Shown: positions 20,581 to 31,469 of the stretch, piece after piece | How positions within the stretch are numbered: the first letter of the stretch is position 1 | Layout of the letters: each line of letters starts with the position of its first letter | From: an uncultured delta proteobacterium | Lineage (GTDB): Bacteria; Desulfobacterota; Binatia; UBA9968 | Length of the DNA stretch: 64,000 bases | Direction: 5' to 3' | Assembly: GCA_963745035.1 (NCBI GenBank) | Contig: CAVUVW010000016.1 | Span: forward strand, 32,001 to 96,000 | Notes under the pieces: model-generated | Seen by the model: the letters and a program-made list of their open reading frames with translations, nothing else | Told to the model about the DNA's origin: nothing | Databases searched by the model: none | Position numbers and translations under genes: made by a program

Positions 20581-20591
20581 CGCTCTTCTCA

Positions 20592-20808
20592 TTATGCCAG
20601 ATCGATGTTTTGCTCCGGTCCGTCTTCGGGGCACGGAACGAACAAGTCGACGCGTTCGCCGGTGCTTGGATCTGCGATGCTGCCCGCGTAGCAGTAGTCG
20701 ATCGCTGCGAGCTGGATGGTTTCGCTCGGAATGCTCTCATTGACGGTCTCGGCGGCCGTGAGCTTCTCGCTTTGAACGGGCTGGCGCGCTTTATTTTCAA
20801 AAAATCAT
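20592..20808 (-). CDS. Putative ~71-aa acidic small protein (start broken by T-homopolymer indel)
   Basis: Removing one T from ATGATTTTTTGAA gives MIFENKARQ...DYCYAGSIADPSTGERVDLFVPCPEDGPEQNIDLA; hairpin just downstream. Confidence 0.4.
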
Positions 20809-20891
20809 AGTTGATCGATGCAGCAGCAGCGGAACTGCCGGCGAGCATTGCTACCCGATCAGCATTGCGGCGGTGCTTGTTGATCGGCAAC

Positions 20892-21893
20892 TCAGCCGGC
20901 AGCGAGTTTCAGGGCGGGTAGGATTTCTTGCAAGTAAACGGCGAATTGTTCATCCAAGTTATCGCCGATGGGACGAATGGTGACGTGATCGACGCCCGCG
21001 TCGATAAAGCCGCGCACGCACTCGACGCAATGTTCCACGGGACCGCAAGCCGTCCAGATCTCGACCCCTGCTCGCGTAAAATCCTTTTGATAGTAGGCAT
21101 CGAGAAAAGTTTTTGCTTCGCGAAACGCCTGCTCGCGATCGCGGTTCACCGCCACGCCGTAATACAAGACGGTTCTGAAGGAGTCCGGGTCTCGTCCTTC
21201 TTCGACCAGCATCTTCGTTAGCCGGCTCTTGTAGTCTTGAAACATCGCGAGCTCGATCTGATTGCTCATCCAGCCGTCGGCGTAGCGCGCGATGCGCCGC
21301 AGCGAGCGCTCGACGCCGCGCTCGCCGATCTGCGCTGGCCGAGGCGTGCCGGCGATATAGATCGGACAGGGCCGCTGGGCCGGTTTGGGCAAGAGATTCA
21401 CATCGTCGAACGAATAGTATTTGCCGTGAAAGCTGGCGTGCTCGCCCGACCAGAGAACGCGCAGCGCCTGGATCATCTCTTCCATTCTTCCAGGCCGTTC
21501 TTTGCTCGCCACGCCCATTACTTCGAGCTCCTTGGCCGCCATCGGATGCTGGCTCGCGGGGTAGCCCATGCACGCGGCCAGCCACGCGCGTCCGCCGGAG
21601 AGCGCGTCGAGACTCGCCCACTGCAAGGCGAGCAGCACGGGATTGCGCTGCGCAATGGTTGCCATGCACGCCACGCCCAGCTTGACGCTGGAAGTGCGCG
21701 CCGCGATGGCGCCGAGAAGCGGGATGCATTCCAAGCGCGGCTTGCTCAAGATGCTGTCGCCGACCCAAACGGCGTCGATGGCGCCGGTATTCTCCGCTTG
21801 CACCGCCATTTGGATGAGCTCCTCGGCGGGCGTTCCACGGGTAACCAGCGCGCGATTCGACAAGGTGAGGCCGAATGTAGTCTTGCGCGTCAT
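20892..21893 (-). CDS. LLM-class flavin-dependent oxidoreductase
   Basis: DAVWVGDS, LGAIAARTSSVKLG, WASLDALSGGR, PKPAQRPCPIY, RIARYADGW. Confidence 0.88.
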   Translation of the reverse strand: MTRKTTFGLTLSNRALVTRGTPAEELIQMAVQAENTGAIDAVWVGDSILSKPRLECIPLLGAIAARTSSVKLGVACMATIAQRNPVLLALQWASLDALSGGRAWLAACMGYPASQHPMAAKELEVMGVASKERPGRMEEMIQALRVLWSGEHASFHGKYYSFDDVNLLPKPAQRPCPIYIAGTPRPAQIGERGVERSLRRIARYADGWMSNQIELAMFQDYKSRLTKMLVEEGRDPDSFRTVLYYGVAVNRDREQAFREAKTFLDAYYQKDFTRAGVEIWTACGPVEHCVECVRGFIDAGVDHVTIRPIGDNLDEQFAVYLQEILPALKLAAG

Positions 21894-22138
21894 GCTCGGA
21901 GAATAGGACGAGGTCGTGCGCTGTTTCAAGCGCGACGGGCGGGCCTGGAAACCAGACCGGCGATTGCAATCATTTTGCCGGTAGCGTGCGCCGGCTTGAC
22001 AATGAGCGCGGCAGCCGTAATTTAGCTGAAAATAGATGATGGCCTTGATGCCGCCGAGTGGTGCCGGAGCGTTTGGCGCTGCGATCGTCGGCTTCGCGTC
22101 TTCAGCCGCATTTTTGTTTGTCCGAGACACGCTCTCGC

Positions 22139-23356
22139 ATGAAAGACATTCGCATCGTTATCGCCGGCTGCGGTCCCGTCGGCGTCATCGCCGCGCTGGC
22201 GTGCGCGCAACACGGTTACGCGGTGACCTTGCTCGAAGCCGAGACCAAGATCGACGACAATCCGCGCGCCGCAACCACCCATCCTTCGACCCTCGAAATG
22301 ATCGCCCGGGTCGGGCTCATCGATGCGTTCATTCAAGAAGGCTTGGTCGCCCGTTACTTCCAATTCTGGGACAAGCCGGGCCGCGCCAAGGTCGTCGAGT
22401 TCGATCATGACGTCCTGCGCGACGAGACGCCGTATCCGTTCGTCGTCCAGACCGAGCAGCACAAGCTTGCGCGGATGGGCATCGAGAGGCTCAAAACATT
22501 TACCGACACCGACGTGCGCTTCGCCACCCGCGTCACCGGCGTCACCCAGGACGCCGAAGGCGCGATCGTCACCGCGGAAGCGCCGAACGGCCGCGAGGTG
22601 TTTCCCGCGGACTACGTCATCGGCGCCGACGGCGGCCGCAGCACGATCCGCAAGGCGCTCGATATCGAATTCGAAGGCTTCACCTGGCCGGAACGGTTTC
22701 TCGTGCTCACCACGCTGGATGATTTCCAAGAGCTCTTGCCCGGCTGCTGCTATCGAAACTATCTCGCCGATCCGGACGAGTGGACCAATCTCTTCAAGGT
22801 TGCCGGAGACGACGGCAAAGGACGCTGGCGCGCGGTGTTTCCGACCCGGGTGGAGGAAAGCGACGAAGAGGCGCTCGGCGATACATCCACCTATGCGCGC
22901 TTGCAGCGGGTCTATCCGCTGGCGCGCGGCTACAACGTCGTCCATCGCAATCTCTACAAAGTACACCAGCGCGTCGCCGCCACGTTTCACAAGGGAAGGG
23001 TGTTCCTGGCCGGCGATTCGGCGCACGTGAACAATTCCGTCGGCGGGCTGGGGTTGAACGGCGGGATTCACGACGCCATGGAGCTGGTCGATGCCCTGCA
23101 TCAGGTGATCGCCAAGCAGGCAAGCGACAATCTATTCGACCGTTACACGCGAAGGCGGCGCACTTTGAATATCGAATTTGTCCAGGAGCAAACCATTCTC
23201 AACAAGAAGCGGCTCGAGGAACGCGATCCGAAAGCACGCCAGCGCCGCTTCGACGAGCTGCGCGCGATCGCTGACGATCCCGCTCAGCATAAAGAATTTC
23301 TGCTGCGCACCTCCCTGCTCGCGAGCGTGCGCAAGGCGCGCGGCATGATTGACTGA
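22139..23356 (+). CDS. FAD-dependent monooxygenase (MhpA/PheA-like aromatic hydroxylase family)
   Basis: IAGCGPVG, VIGADGGRS, GRVFLAGDSAH...GGLGLNGGIHDA. Confidence 0.9.
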   Translation: MKDIRIVIAGCGPVGVIAALACAQHGYAVTLLEAETKIDDNPRAATTHPSTLEMIARVGLIDAFIQEGLVARYFQFWDKPGRAKVVEFDHDVLRDETPYPFVVQTEQHKLARMGIERLKTFTDTDVRFATRVTGVTQDAEGAIVTAEAPNGREVFPADYVIGADGGRSTIRKALDIEFEGFTWPERFLVLTTLDDFQELLPGCCYRNYLADPDEWTNLFKVAGDDGKGRWRAVFPTRVEESDEEALGDTSTYARLQRVYPLARGYNVVHRNLYKVHQRVAATFHKGRVFLAGDSAHVNNSVGGLGLNGGIHDAMELVDALHQVIAKQASDNLFDRYTRRRRTLNIEFVQEQTILNKKRLEERDPKARQRRFDELRAIADDPAQHKEFLLRTSLLASVRKARGMID

Positions 23357-23451
23357 CTTGGCGCCGCCGACCCGTCCCGGCCGCATGTTGAGCTGCCGCT
23401 GCTGCGCCGCCGATCTTGAGAAAACATTCTGACCGGTTACGCTTCCCATGA

Positions 23452-23736
23452 GGAGTTCTCGCCGTCGACCGGGGACACTCGTTCATCGGCGCGCCTTCGT
23501 TCACCGTCCCGCTCGTCGGTTTCGTCGTGCCAGAGATCTCGCTGTTTCGCGACGTGAAGCACAGCGGCCACGCGGAAGTCAAAGTTTTCGCCAGCGATAC
23601 CGAGACCGGCCAATTCATCAGCGAGAGCGAGCTCGCCGTCGGCAAATCCAATCACGACGACTTCACTTTGCTGATCGTCATCCATTTCACGCGCACCGAT
23701 CTGGAAGAAGAAGAGTGGGATCTGGGCAACGGCTAG
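23452..23736 (+). pseudogene. C-terminal fragment of a lipoprotein-like gene (DUF6655-like)
   Basis: SFIGAPSFTVPLVGFVVPEISLFRDV...ASDTETG...FTRTDL; in-frame stop immediately upstream, no start or signal peptide. Confidence 0.45.
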
Positions 23737-23746
23737 TTTGCGGCTG

Positions 23747-24055
23747 TCAAGGGAGGTCGTCGTCGGAAGGCTGCGGCTCGAGCGGCAGATAGGTGCGGTG
23801 CCCCAGCGCGCATTCGCAGATTTCCGTGGCGGTTTCCGCTTCGCGCGCCACCACAATAAGCTTTAGACCGCACTCTCTGCCGTCAGTCAAAGTCGGACAA
23901 CGGCGTTTTTCATTTTCCCCGAGCGAGACATATTTTCGGTGACCGAGGGGACACTCGTAAATTTCTGTTTCGGAGGCAAAATCGCGTTCGACGAGAACCA
24001 ACGCGAGACCGCATATTTTACCGTCCACCGAGGTAGGACATGTTTGATTTTCCAT
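23747..24055 (-). CDS. Hypothetical protein with two tandem Cys3-His zinc-ribbon-like repeats
   Basis: CPT..DG..CGL.L.....E....E..EC.LGHR.Y occurs twice; RBS GAGGG. Confidence 0.7.
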   Translation of the reverse strand: MENQTCPTSVDGKICGLALVLVERDFASETEIYECPLGHRKYVSLGENEKRRCPTLTDGRECGLKLIVVAREAETATEICECALGHRTYLPLEPQPSDDDLP

Positions 24056-24236
24056 AGTGGTCCCTCTAAAGCGCCATGCAGGAGTGCTTTCACGCTCGTT
24101 GCATCAATACGAGGAGAAAGACGCAAGATCAAGGCCAGAGCGAACGATGAATCAGAAGCCCGATCGGCGACGGGCGCACGTGTGAGCGCGCCGAACGTTG
24201 GCTTTTTCTTTCGCGCTCGGATAATCATCCCTTGTC

Positions 24237-25980
24237 GTGGACCAGCATAGCCTTCTCGCCAATATCGGTCTTGTCTTCATCGTCGCGACGCTGGCCGCGT
24301 TCCTCGCCAAGCTGCTCAAGCAGCCTTTGATTCTCGCCTATCTGGTCGCCGGCGTGGTCATCGGGCCAGAGATCGGTTTTGCGTGGGTGGAAGACAAGGA
24401 GATCATCGAGTTGATCTCGGAGATCGGCTTGATTCTGCTGCTTTTTATTATCGGACTCGAGATCGATCTCAAAAAGCTCGCCAGCGCCGGGCGGACACTG
24501 CTGGTCATCGGCGTCAGCCAATTCCTTCTGTGTGTCGGGCTGGGCATTGCCTTGGCGATCTTCATGGGCTTCGCGCTGCGCGGCGCCAACTTCGACTGGC
24601 TCTATCTGGCCGTGACGCTGTCGCTCAGCAGCACGTTGATCGTCGTCAAGCTGCTCTACGACAAATTCGAGCTCACGACCTTGCCCGGGCGCATCACCCT
24701 CGGCGTCCTGGTATTTCAGGATATCTGGGCGATCGTTTTTCTCGCCCTCCAGCCCAATCTGCATGATCCGCAGTTGAGCACGCTCTTGGTGTCCTTCGTC
24801 AAGGGCGCGGCGCTGGTTTTCGCCGCGCTGGCCTTGAGCCGCTACGCCCTGCCGCGGCTTTTCTCCTTTGTCGCCAAAGTTCCGGAGCTGTTACTGATCG
24901 CCGCGCTCGCGTGGTGTTTTCTTGTCGTGCGGCGCAGCCGACCGGCTCGGCCTGTCGAGCGAAATGGGCGCGCTGGTCGCCGGGGTCAGCATCTCGACGT
25001 TTCCCTACAACATCGATGTGATCGCCAAGGTCACGAACATTCGCGATTTTTTTGTCACGTTGTTTTTTGTCGCTCTCGGCATGAAGATCCCCGAGCCCTC
25101 GCTGGCGATTGTCACGGCCGCCGCGGGCATGTCGCTTTTCGTGCTCGCCAGCCGCCTGCTGGCGGTTTTTCCCGTGCTGTATTTGCTCGGCAACGGCTTG
25201 CGGGCGAGCCTGATTCCGTCGATCAATCTGGCGCAGATGAGCGAGTTTTCTTTGGTGATCGCCTCCCTCGGTCTGGCTTTGAATCACGTGAGCGCGGAGC
25301 TGGTGGGAACTCTGACTTTCGTGTTCGCCATCACCTCCGTCCTCTCGACCTATCTCATCGCCTACAATCACGAGATCCAGCGGCGGATGGCTGCTTTTTT
25401 GATAAAAATAGGGTTTCCCAGCGACGGCGATGCCGACGACGACGCGAAAGCCGAGCAAGAAAACGCCGTCGTGTTTCTCGGCTGCTTTCGTGAGGCGAGC
25501 TCGATTCTCCACGAGCTCGAATTTCAATCTCGGGACGCCGACGGCGCGGGCGTTCTCGATCGCACTCTGGTGATCGATTTCAATCCGCTGGTGCTTCGCG
25601 AGCTGCGCCGGCGTGGCATCCGCTGCCTTTATGGCGACGTGGCGCACATGGATACCTTGCACCACGCGCACATTCATGAGGCGAAGATCGTCGCGTGCAC
25701 GATTTCCGATGCGATCCTGCGGGGCACGACCAACTTGCGGCTCGTGCGCCAAGCGCGGCGTCTTTGTCCGCACGCCCAGGTGATCGCCGCCGCCGACACG
25801 ATCGGCGCGGCGATAGAGCTCTACGAAGAGGGCGCCGACTTTGTCTACATCGCGAGGCTGCATTCGTCGGTTCAGACCGCGGAGCTCATCGTCCGAGCGG
25901 CCGACGACGCGGATGCGTTGCCAGCCCGTCGTGAAGAGGATCTCCGGATGCTGAAAGAGCGGCGGGAAATTCTTCCCTGA
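24237..25980 (+). CDS. CPA2 cation:proton antiporter with TrkA-N domain (KefB/KefC-like); frameshift near 24925
   Basis: LLFIIGLEID, LSSTLIVVKLL, VFQDI, RDFFVTLFFV, YGDV. Confidence 0.88.
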
Positions 25981-26051
25981 AAGCGCTGCCGCCGGCACGC
26001 CTACGAGAGAAACGGCCGGAGAAGCGCGCAAACGCTTGGCAAGGATGATCG

Positions 26052-28589
26052 ATGACAACCGCCGATCTACCGATTTATGAAATCGAGCAGCCGCTGCGCG
26101 ATGCTCTGAAAACCCGCCGGCGCGTGGTACTGAGCGCGCCCACCGGTTCGGGAAAATCGACCCAGGTGCCGCAGATGCTGCTCGACGGCGGCCTGCTGGG
26201 CGACGGACAGGTGGCGGTGCTGCAGCCGCGCCGTCTGCCGACGCGCATGCTCGCCGGCTGGGTCGCGCAAGAGCGCGGGGTGAAACTCGGTGGCGAGGTG
26301 GGCTACCAGATGCGTCTCGACAGCGTTATTTCTTCCGCCACGCGCATCTGCTACGCGACCGAGGGCGTGCTGCTCCGGCGCATGCTCGCCGAGCCGGACT
26401 TGCCGGGCGTGAATGCGATCGTGTTCGACGAATTTCATGAACGGCATCTCTACGGCGACATTACCCTGGCGCGCGCGCTGGAAATCCAGGAAGCAATGCG
26501 GCCCGATCTCATTATCATCGTCATGTCGGCGACCTTGGACGTCGCCGCCGTGGAAAAATATCTCGAGCCTTGCGCGGTGTTGTCGTCGGCGGGCCGGGCC
26601 TATCCGGTCGCGCTCGAATATTTGGCCAAGCCCGCAGGCCAGATGCCGGTTTGGGATCTCGCCGTGCGCGAGCTCCAGCGCCTTACGCGGGAGCATCCGC
26701 AAGGCGACGCGCTGATCTTCATGCCCGGCGTCTACGAGATCGGCCGCACGGTGCGGGCGGCGCGCGATGCGCTCGGCGCGAGTTTCGCCGTGTTTCCCTT
26801 GCACGGCCAACTGCCGCCGGCCGAGCAGGATGCGGCGGTGGCGCGCCAGGACCGGCGCAAAGTGGTGGTGGCGACCAACGTCGCCGAGACTTCGCTCACC
26901 ATCGACGGCGTGCGCCTGGTGATCGACAGCGGCCTGGCGCGCGTGCCGCGCTACGATCCTTATCGCGGCATCAACACCTTGCTCATCGAGAAAATCAGCC
27001 GCGCCGCGGCCGACCAGCGGGCCGGCCGGGCCGGCCGCACGGCGCCGGGCCATTGCCTGCGGCTCTGGACCGCGCACGAGCAGAACTCCCGTCCCGCCAA
27101 AGAGCTTCCCGAGGTGAAGCGGCTCGATCTCGCGGAGGTGATTCTCACTCTCAAGGCGAGCGGAGTCGACGACGCGCGCGCGTTTCGCTGGCTCGAGGCG
27201 CCCGACGCGCGCGCGCTGGAACGGGCCGAGACGCTGCTCACCGATCTGGGCGCGCTCGACCGCGCCGCCGGCGCCATCACCGCGCTGGGACGGCGCATGC
27301 TCGCATTCCCGATCCATCCGCGCTACGCGCGCATGCTGCTTGCGGCCGAGGATTACGGCTGCGTGCGCGCGGTGGCGTTGATCGCCGCCTTGACGCAGGG
27401 GCGGGATTTGCTCTTGCGCGGGCAGGCAAAGCCGGTGGAAGAGGGCGCCGCCGAGCGCTTCGGCGAAGACGCCGGCTCGGATTTTTTTGTCTTGATGCGC
27501 GCCTGGCGCTTTGCCGAGCGCAACGATTATCACCCCGAGCGCTGCCGGCGCGCCGGCGTGAACGCGCAAGCGGCGCGCCAGGTCGGACCGTTGCTCGAAC
27601 AGTTTCTGAGCATCGCCGCCGCCGAGGGGCTCGATGTGCGCGACCGGCCGGTCGCCGGCGATGCCGTGCGGCGCTGCCTGCTGCTGGGCTTTTCCGATCA
27701 ACTCGCCAAACGCCTGGACGGCGGCTCGCAGCGCTGCATGATGGTGCACGGCCGGCGCGGCCTGCTGGCGCGCGAGAGCGTCGTCGGAGCGCCGCTGTTC
27801 GTCGTCGCCGAGGCGCGCGAAGTGCAAAGCGGCGGCAAAGATCGAACCTTGAACGTGCTTTTGAATCTCGCCACGGCGGTCGAGGAAGCCTGGCTGCGCG
27901 AGCTCTTTCCTGCGGATTGCAAAGAAGCGCGCGCGGTCGCCTACGACCCCGCGCTGCGCCGCGTGGTCGCCCGCGAGGAAAAATATTTCCGCGATCTCAT
28001 TCTGGAACAGAACCTCTCCGGCGATCCGCCGCCGGATGAAGCCGCCGCGCTGCTCGCCCGCGAGGTGGCGGCGGGGCGCCTGGTCCTCGACAACTGGAAC
28101 GACGCGGTCGAGCAGTGGATTCTGCGGCTGCACCGGCTGCGCGAATGGATGCCCGATCTCGGTTTGCCCGGCATCGGCGACGACGATCGCCGGGCGATGA
28201 TCGAGCTCATCTGCCAGGGCGCGTTCAGCGCCGGCGAAATCAAAGATCGCCCGGTCCTGCCCGTCGTCAAATCGTGGCTGTCGCGCGAGCAGCAGGCCTG
28301 GGTCGAAAAATATGCGCCGGAGCGGATCACGTTGCCGCGCGGGCGCGCGGTGAAGGTCGCCTACTCGGCCGACGGCCCGCCCACGGTGGCCGCGCGCATC
28401 CAGGACCTCTACGGCATCAGCGACGGTCTGTGGATCGCCAACCGCCGCGTGCCGGTGCGCATCGAAGTGCTCGCGCCGAGTAACCGCCCGGTGCAGGTTA
28501 CCGAGAATCTTTCGGTCTTCTGGCGCGACACTTATCCCAAGCTCAAACAGCAGCTTCAACGGAGGTATCCCAAGCACGAATGGCGTTAG
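26052..28589 (+). CDS. hrpB: ATP-dependent helicase HrpB
   Basis: APTGSGKST, QPRR, DEFHERH, MSAT, TNVAETSLTIDG, QRAGRAGR, C-terminal RYPKHEW. Confidence 0.93.
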   Translation: MTTADLPIYEIEQPLRDALKTRRRVVLSAPTGSGKSTQVPQMLLDGGLLGDGQVAVLQPRRLPTRMLAGWVAQERGVKLGGEVGYQMRLDSVISSATRICYATEGVLLRRMLAEPDLPGVNAIVFDEFHERHLYGDITLARALEIQEAMRPDLIIIVMSATLDVAAVEKYLEPCAVLSSAGRAYPVALEYLAKPAGQMPVWDLAVRELQRLTREHPQGDALIFMPGVYEIGRTVRAARDALGASFAVFPLHGQLPPAEQDAAVARQDRRKVVVATNVAETSLTIDGVRLVIDSGLARVPRYDPYRGINTLLIEKISRAAADQRAGRAGRTAPGHCLRLWTAHEQNSRPAKELPEVKRLDLAEVILTLKASGVDDARAFRWLEAPDARALERAETLLTDLGALDRAAGAITALGRRMLAFPIHPRYARMLLAAEDYGCVRAVALIAALTQGRDLLLRGQAKPVEEGAAERFGEDAGSDFFVLMRAWRFAERNDYHPERCRRAGVNAQAARQVGPLLEQFLSIAAAEGLDVRDRPVAGDAVRRCLLLGFSDQLAKRLDGGSQRCMMVHGRRGLLARESVVGAPLFVVAEAREVQSGGKDRTLNVLLNLATAVEEAWLRELFPADCKEARAVAYDPALRRVVAREEKYFRDLILEQNLSGDPPPDEAAALLAREVAAGRLVLDNWNDAVEQWILRLHRLREWMPDLGLPGIGDDDRRAMIELICQGAFSAGEIKDRPVLPVVKSWLSREQQAWVEKYAPERITLPRGRAVKVAYSADGPPTVAARIQDLYGISDGLWIANRRVPVRIEVLAPSNRPVQVTENLSVFWRDTYPKLKQQLQRRYPKHEWR

Positions 28590-28773
28590 CGGCTGTAAGA
28601 GCTGGTTGCCGTGGAAAATCGAAGAGGCCCCGCGATAGCGCTCAGGGCGAACGGGAAAATTTTACAACCGTTGATGACAGTCGTCGCTTTGTCGCTCGAC
28701 GCATCGTATTGCCGGTGCAAATTGCGTAGATTAGCGAGGATTGTTTCTTTTGCCTGAGCAAATCTCGCGCGAA

Positions 28774-30075
28774 ATGGAAAATAACGTGTCCGTAAGGGAA
28801 ATCGACAGCGCGCCGAGCCGCGCCTTGCAGCGCTACTATCCATGGGTGGTTATCGGCATCGCGTTTCTGACCGTCGGCGTGGCGTTCGGCGCGCGCAACG
28901 CGTTCGCGGTTTTTCTGGTGGCGGTCGTCGAAGAGTTTCGCTGGAGCCGCGGCGCCGCATCGGGCGCGCTCATGCTCGGCTCGGTTTTGTGGACGCTCTC
29001 CGCTCCGGTGATCGGGACTCTGCTCGATCGCGTCGGGCCGCGCATCGTGCTGCCGGGCGGCGCGACTTATCATGGCGGCCGGCTTTGTCGGTCAGCGGCT
29101 TTGCCCATTCGATCATCGAATTTTACGCCGGCATGGGCGTGTTGATGGGCATCGGCTTTGCCGCGCTGCCGATGACCTCGCAGGCCACATTCTTATCGAA
29201 CTGGTTCATTCGCAAGCGCGGCATGGCGATCGGCGCCGCCGCGTCGGGCATCGGCCTCGGGATTCTCCTCGTCGTGCCTTGGACCCAGTGGCTGATCGCG
29301 GTCTACGGCTGGCGCGCCGCGTACTTCGCTCTCGCCGCGTTGCTGGCGCTCATCATCGCGCCGCTGAATTATTTTTTTCAGCGCCAGCGGCCCGAAGAGA
29401 TGAATCTCAAGCCCGACTTCGGCGCGCCGGCGCCGGAGAAATCCGCCACTCGCGCGCGCGCCGCGAATACCAGCGGGCCGAGTTTAGAAGAAGCGCTGCG
29501 CACGTGGAGATTCTGGGCGTTTGCCTTGGGCGTGTTTGCCGGCGCGATCCCGCTGCACATGGTTTTGATTCATCAAGTCGCGGCGGTGAGCGATGCGGGA
29601 TTCTCGAAGGAGCTGGCGGCGTTCGGCCTCGGCATGATCGGGCTGTTCACCGCGCCGGCCATGATCGGCATGGGCCTCCTCGCCGATCGAATCGGACGGC
29701 AGCGCTCCTATGCGCTCGGCTCGGCGTCGCTGATGATCGGGATTTTTCTCTTGATGATGATCGACGGCGCCGGCCGGAGTTGGATTGCTCTACTTGTTTC
29801 CGCCGTTTATCGCCGTCGGCTTTTCCTCGCGCCAGTCGCTCTATCCGACCATCGCCGCCGATCTGTTTCACGGCAGGTCCTTCGGCGCGATCATCGGCGC
29901 GATTTCGCTGTTTATCGGCGCCGGCGCCGGCATCGGCCCGTGGCTCGGCGGCGCGATCCACGACTGGACCGGCAGCTACCGCGCGGCCTTCTGGGTCGCG
30001 CAGGCGACCGCGCTGGCGTCGGTAGTTTTCATCTGGCTTGCCGGCTCGCGCGACAAACGGGCTGCCGTTTCCTGA
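28774..30075 (+). CDS. MFS transporter; several frameshifts (about 29065-29095 and 29790)
   Basis: GTLLDRVGPR, WFIRKRGMAIG, GLLADRIGR, DWTGSY across frames. Confidence 0.85.
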
Positions 30076-30144
30076 GCTCGCGAAAGCCAAGAAAAAAATC
30101 ATGGGCTCTTTTCACATTTACCCCCGCACGGGGTTTTAATTATC

Positions 30145-30660
30145 ATGGCGCGTGAAAAGCTCCGATTGCCGCTGTCCTTCGACGAGATTCTGCGGCGCTA
30201 CGAACGCGAGATCCTGCGCTATCTGGTGCGGCTATCGGGCGATCGAGAGGACGGTGCCGACTTGTTTCAGGAAACCTGGCTGCGCGCCTACCGTGCCTAT
30301 CCGCGGCTCAAGGCCGACAGCGACGCGCGCGCGTGGCTGTACGCCATCGCGGTCAATCTCTACCGCAATCGCGCCCGCGACGGCGCCCGCCGCGCGCGCG
30401 TGATCGTGGCCGAAGATCGAGAAAACCCGGCGGCGGAAGGCATAGGCGCGCGGCGCGCGCTCAACGGCAACGACGGCTATGCGGCCGTGCATCTGCGTGA
30501 GCTTCTGGCCGCGCTTCCGGCGCGGCAGCGCGAGGCGATGCAACTGCGCTACTTCGCGGGACTGGATTATGCGGAGATCGCAGCGGCCATGGGCGGCTCT
30601 CAGGAAAGCGCGCGGGCCAACGTTTCCCAGGCGACGAGAAAACTAAAATCGATGTGGTGA
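30145..30660 (+). CDS. ECF RNA polymerase sigma-70 factor
   Basis: Region 2 DLFQETWLRAYR...AWLYAIAVN; region 4 LPARQREAMQLRYFAGLDYAEIA. Confidence 0.92.
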   Translation: MAREKLRLPLSFDEILRRYEREILRYLVRLSGDREDGADLFQETWLRAYRAYPRLKADSDARAWLYAIAVNLYRNRARDGARRARVIVAEDRENPAAEGIGARRALNGNDGYAAVHLRELLAALPARQREAMQLRYFAGLDYAEIAAAMGGSQESARANVSQATRKLKSMW

Positions 30661-31460
30661 TGCTTATGGAATTCGAAAAATTGATCGGCTCCGCCGGCGC
30701 ATTCAAAGACGAAAGTTTGGACGATCTGCTGCGGCGCGCGCGCCGCGGCTTCGACGGCGCGCTCAAGCGCGTGCGGCGACCCGAAGCGGCGGTCGGCGTG
30801 GCGCCGTCGCCGCTGGGCGATTTGCTCGTAGCCATGACCGGCGGCGGCATCGTGATGATTCATTATCTCGCCGGCGACGTCGCCTCAACGATCGAGAAAC
30901 TTCGTCCCCGCTTGGATCTTGTGGAGGATCCGCGGGCCATCGAGGGCGTGGGCGAGGAGATTCGCCGCTATTTGTCCGGAGAGGCGCAAGCGCTGCGCCG
31001 CAGCGTCGATCTGCGCCTCGCCGCCAGTCCCTTTCAGCAGAAAGTCTTGCGCAAGCTTCAGGAGGTTCCGCGCGGCGCGGTGCTCAGCTATCAAGCTTTG
31101 GGCGCGGCGGCGGCTGCGCCCAAAGGCGCGCGGGCGGTGGGCAACGCGATGCACAACAATCCCGTGCCGATCTATGTGCCTTGCCATCGGGTGATTGCGT
31201 CAGGCGGCGCGCTCGGCGGCTACGGCGGCGGAGCGCGGCGCAAAGTGCAACTGCTGCGCAGCGAAGGCTTCGATCTCGGCGACGGCGCCGTGAGGCTTCC
31301 CGGGAGCGCGGTGTGGGGGCACAAGGGAACAAAAATTTATTGCCGCAACGACTGCCGGACCGCAGCGCGCGTGGACCAGAGCCGGATTTTGTTTTTCGCC
31401 GATCCCAAAGATGCGAAACATGCCGGCTTGCGGCCGTGCAAGATCTGCCGGCCGGAATAG
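30654..31460 (+). CDS. Methylated-DNA-protein-cysteine methyltransferase with C-terminal Ada-type Zn-binding domain
   Basis: SPLG, FQQKV, ARAVG, active site VPCHRV; C-terminal KIYCRNDC...AGLRPCKICRP. Confidence 0.9.
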   Translation: MVMLMEFEKLIGSAGAFKDESLDDLLRRARRGFDGALKRVRRPEAAVGVAPSPLGDLLVAMTGGGIVMIHYLAGDVASTIEKLRPRLDLVEDPRAIEGVGEEIRRYLSGEAQALRRSVDLRLAASPFQQKVLRKLQEVPRGAVLSYQALGAAAAAPKGARAVGNAMHNNPVPIYVPCHRVIASGGALGGYGGGARRKVQLLRSEGFDLGDGAVRLPGSAVWGHKGTKIYCRNDCRTAARVDQSRILFFADPKDAKHAGLRPCKICRPE

Positions 31461-31469
31461 CGGGCGAGC

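Noticed and set aside
26067-28577. 836-aa antisense ORF opposite hrpB, and other long shadow ORFs
   Set aside because: Expected in high-GC coding DNA; no recognisable motifs.
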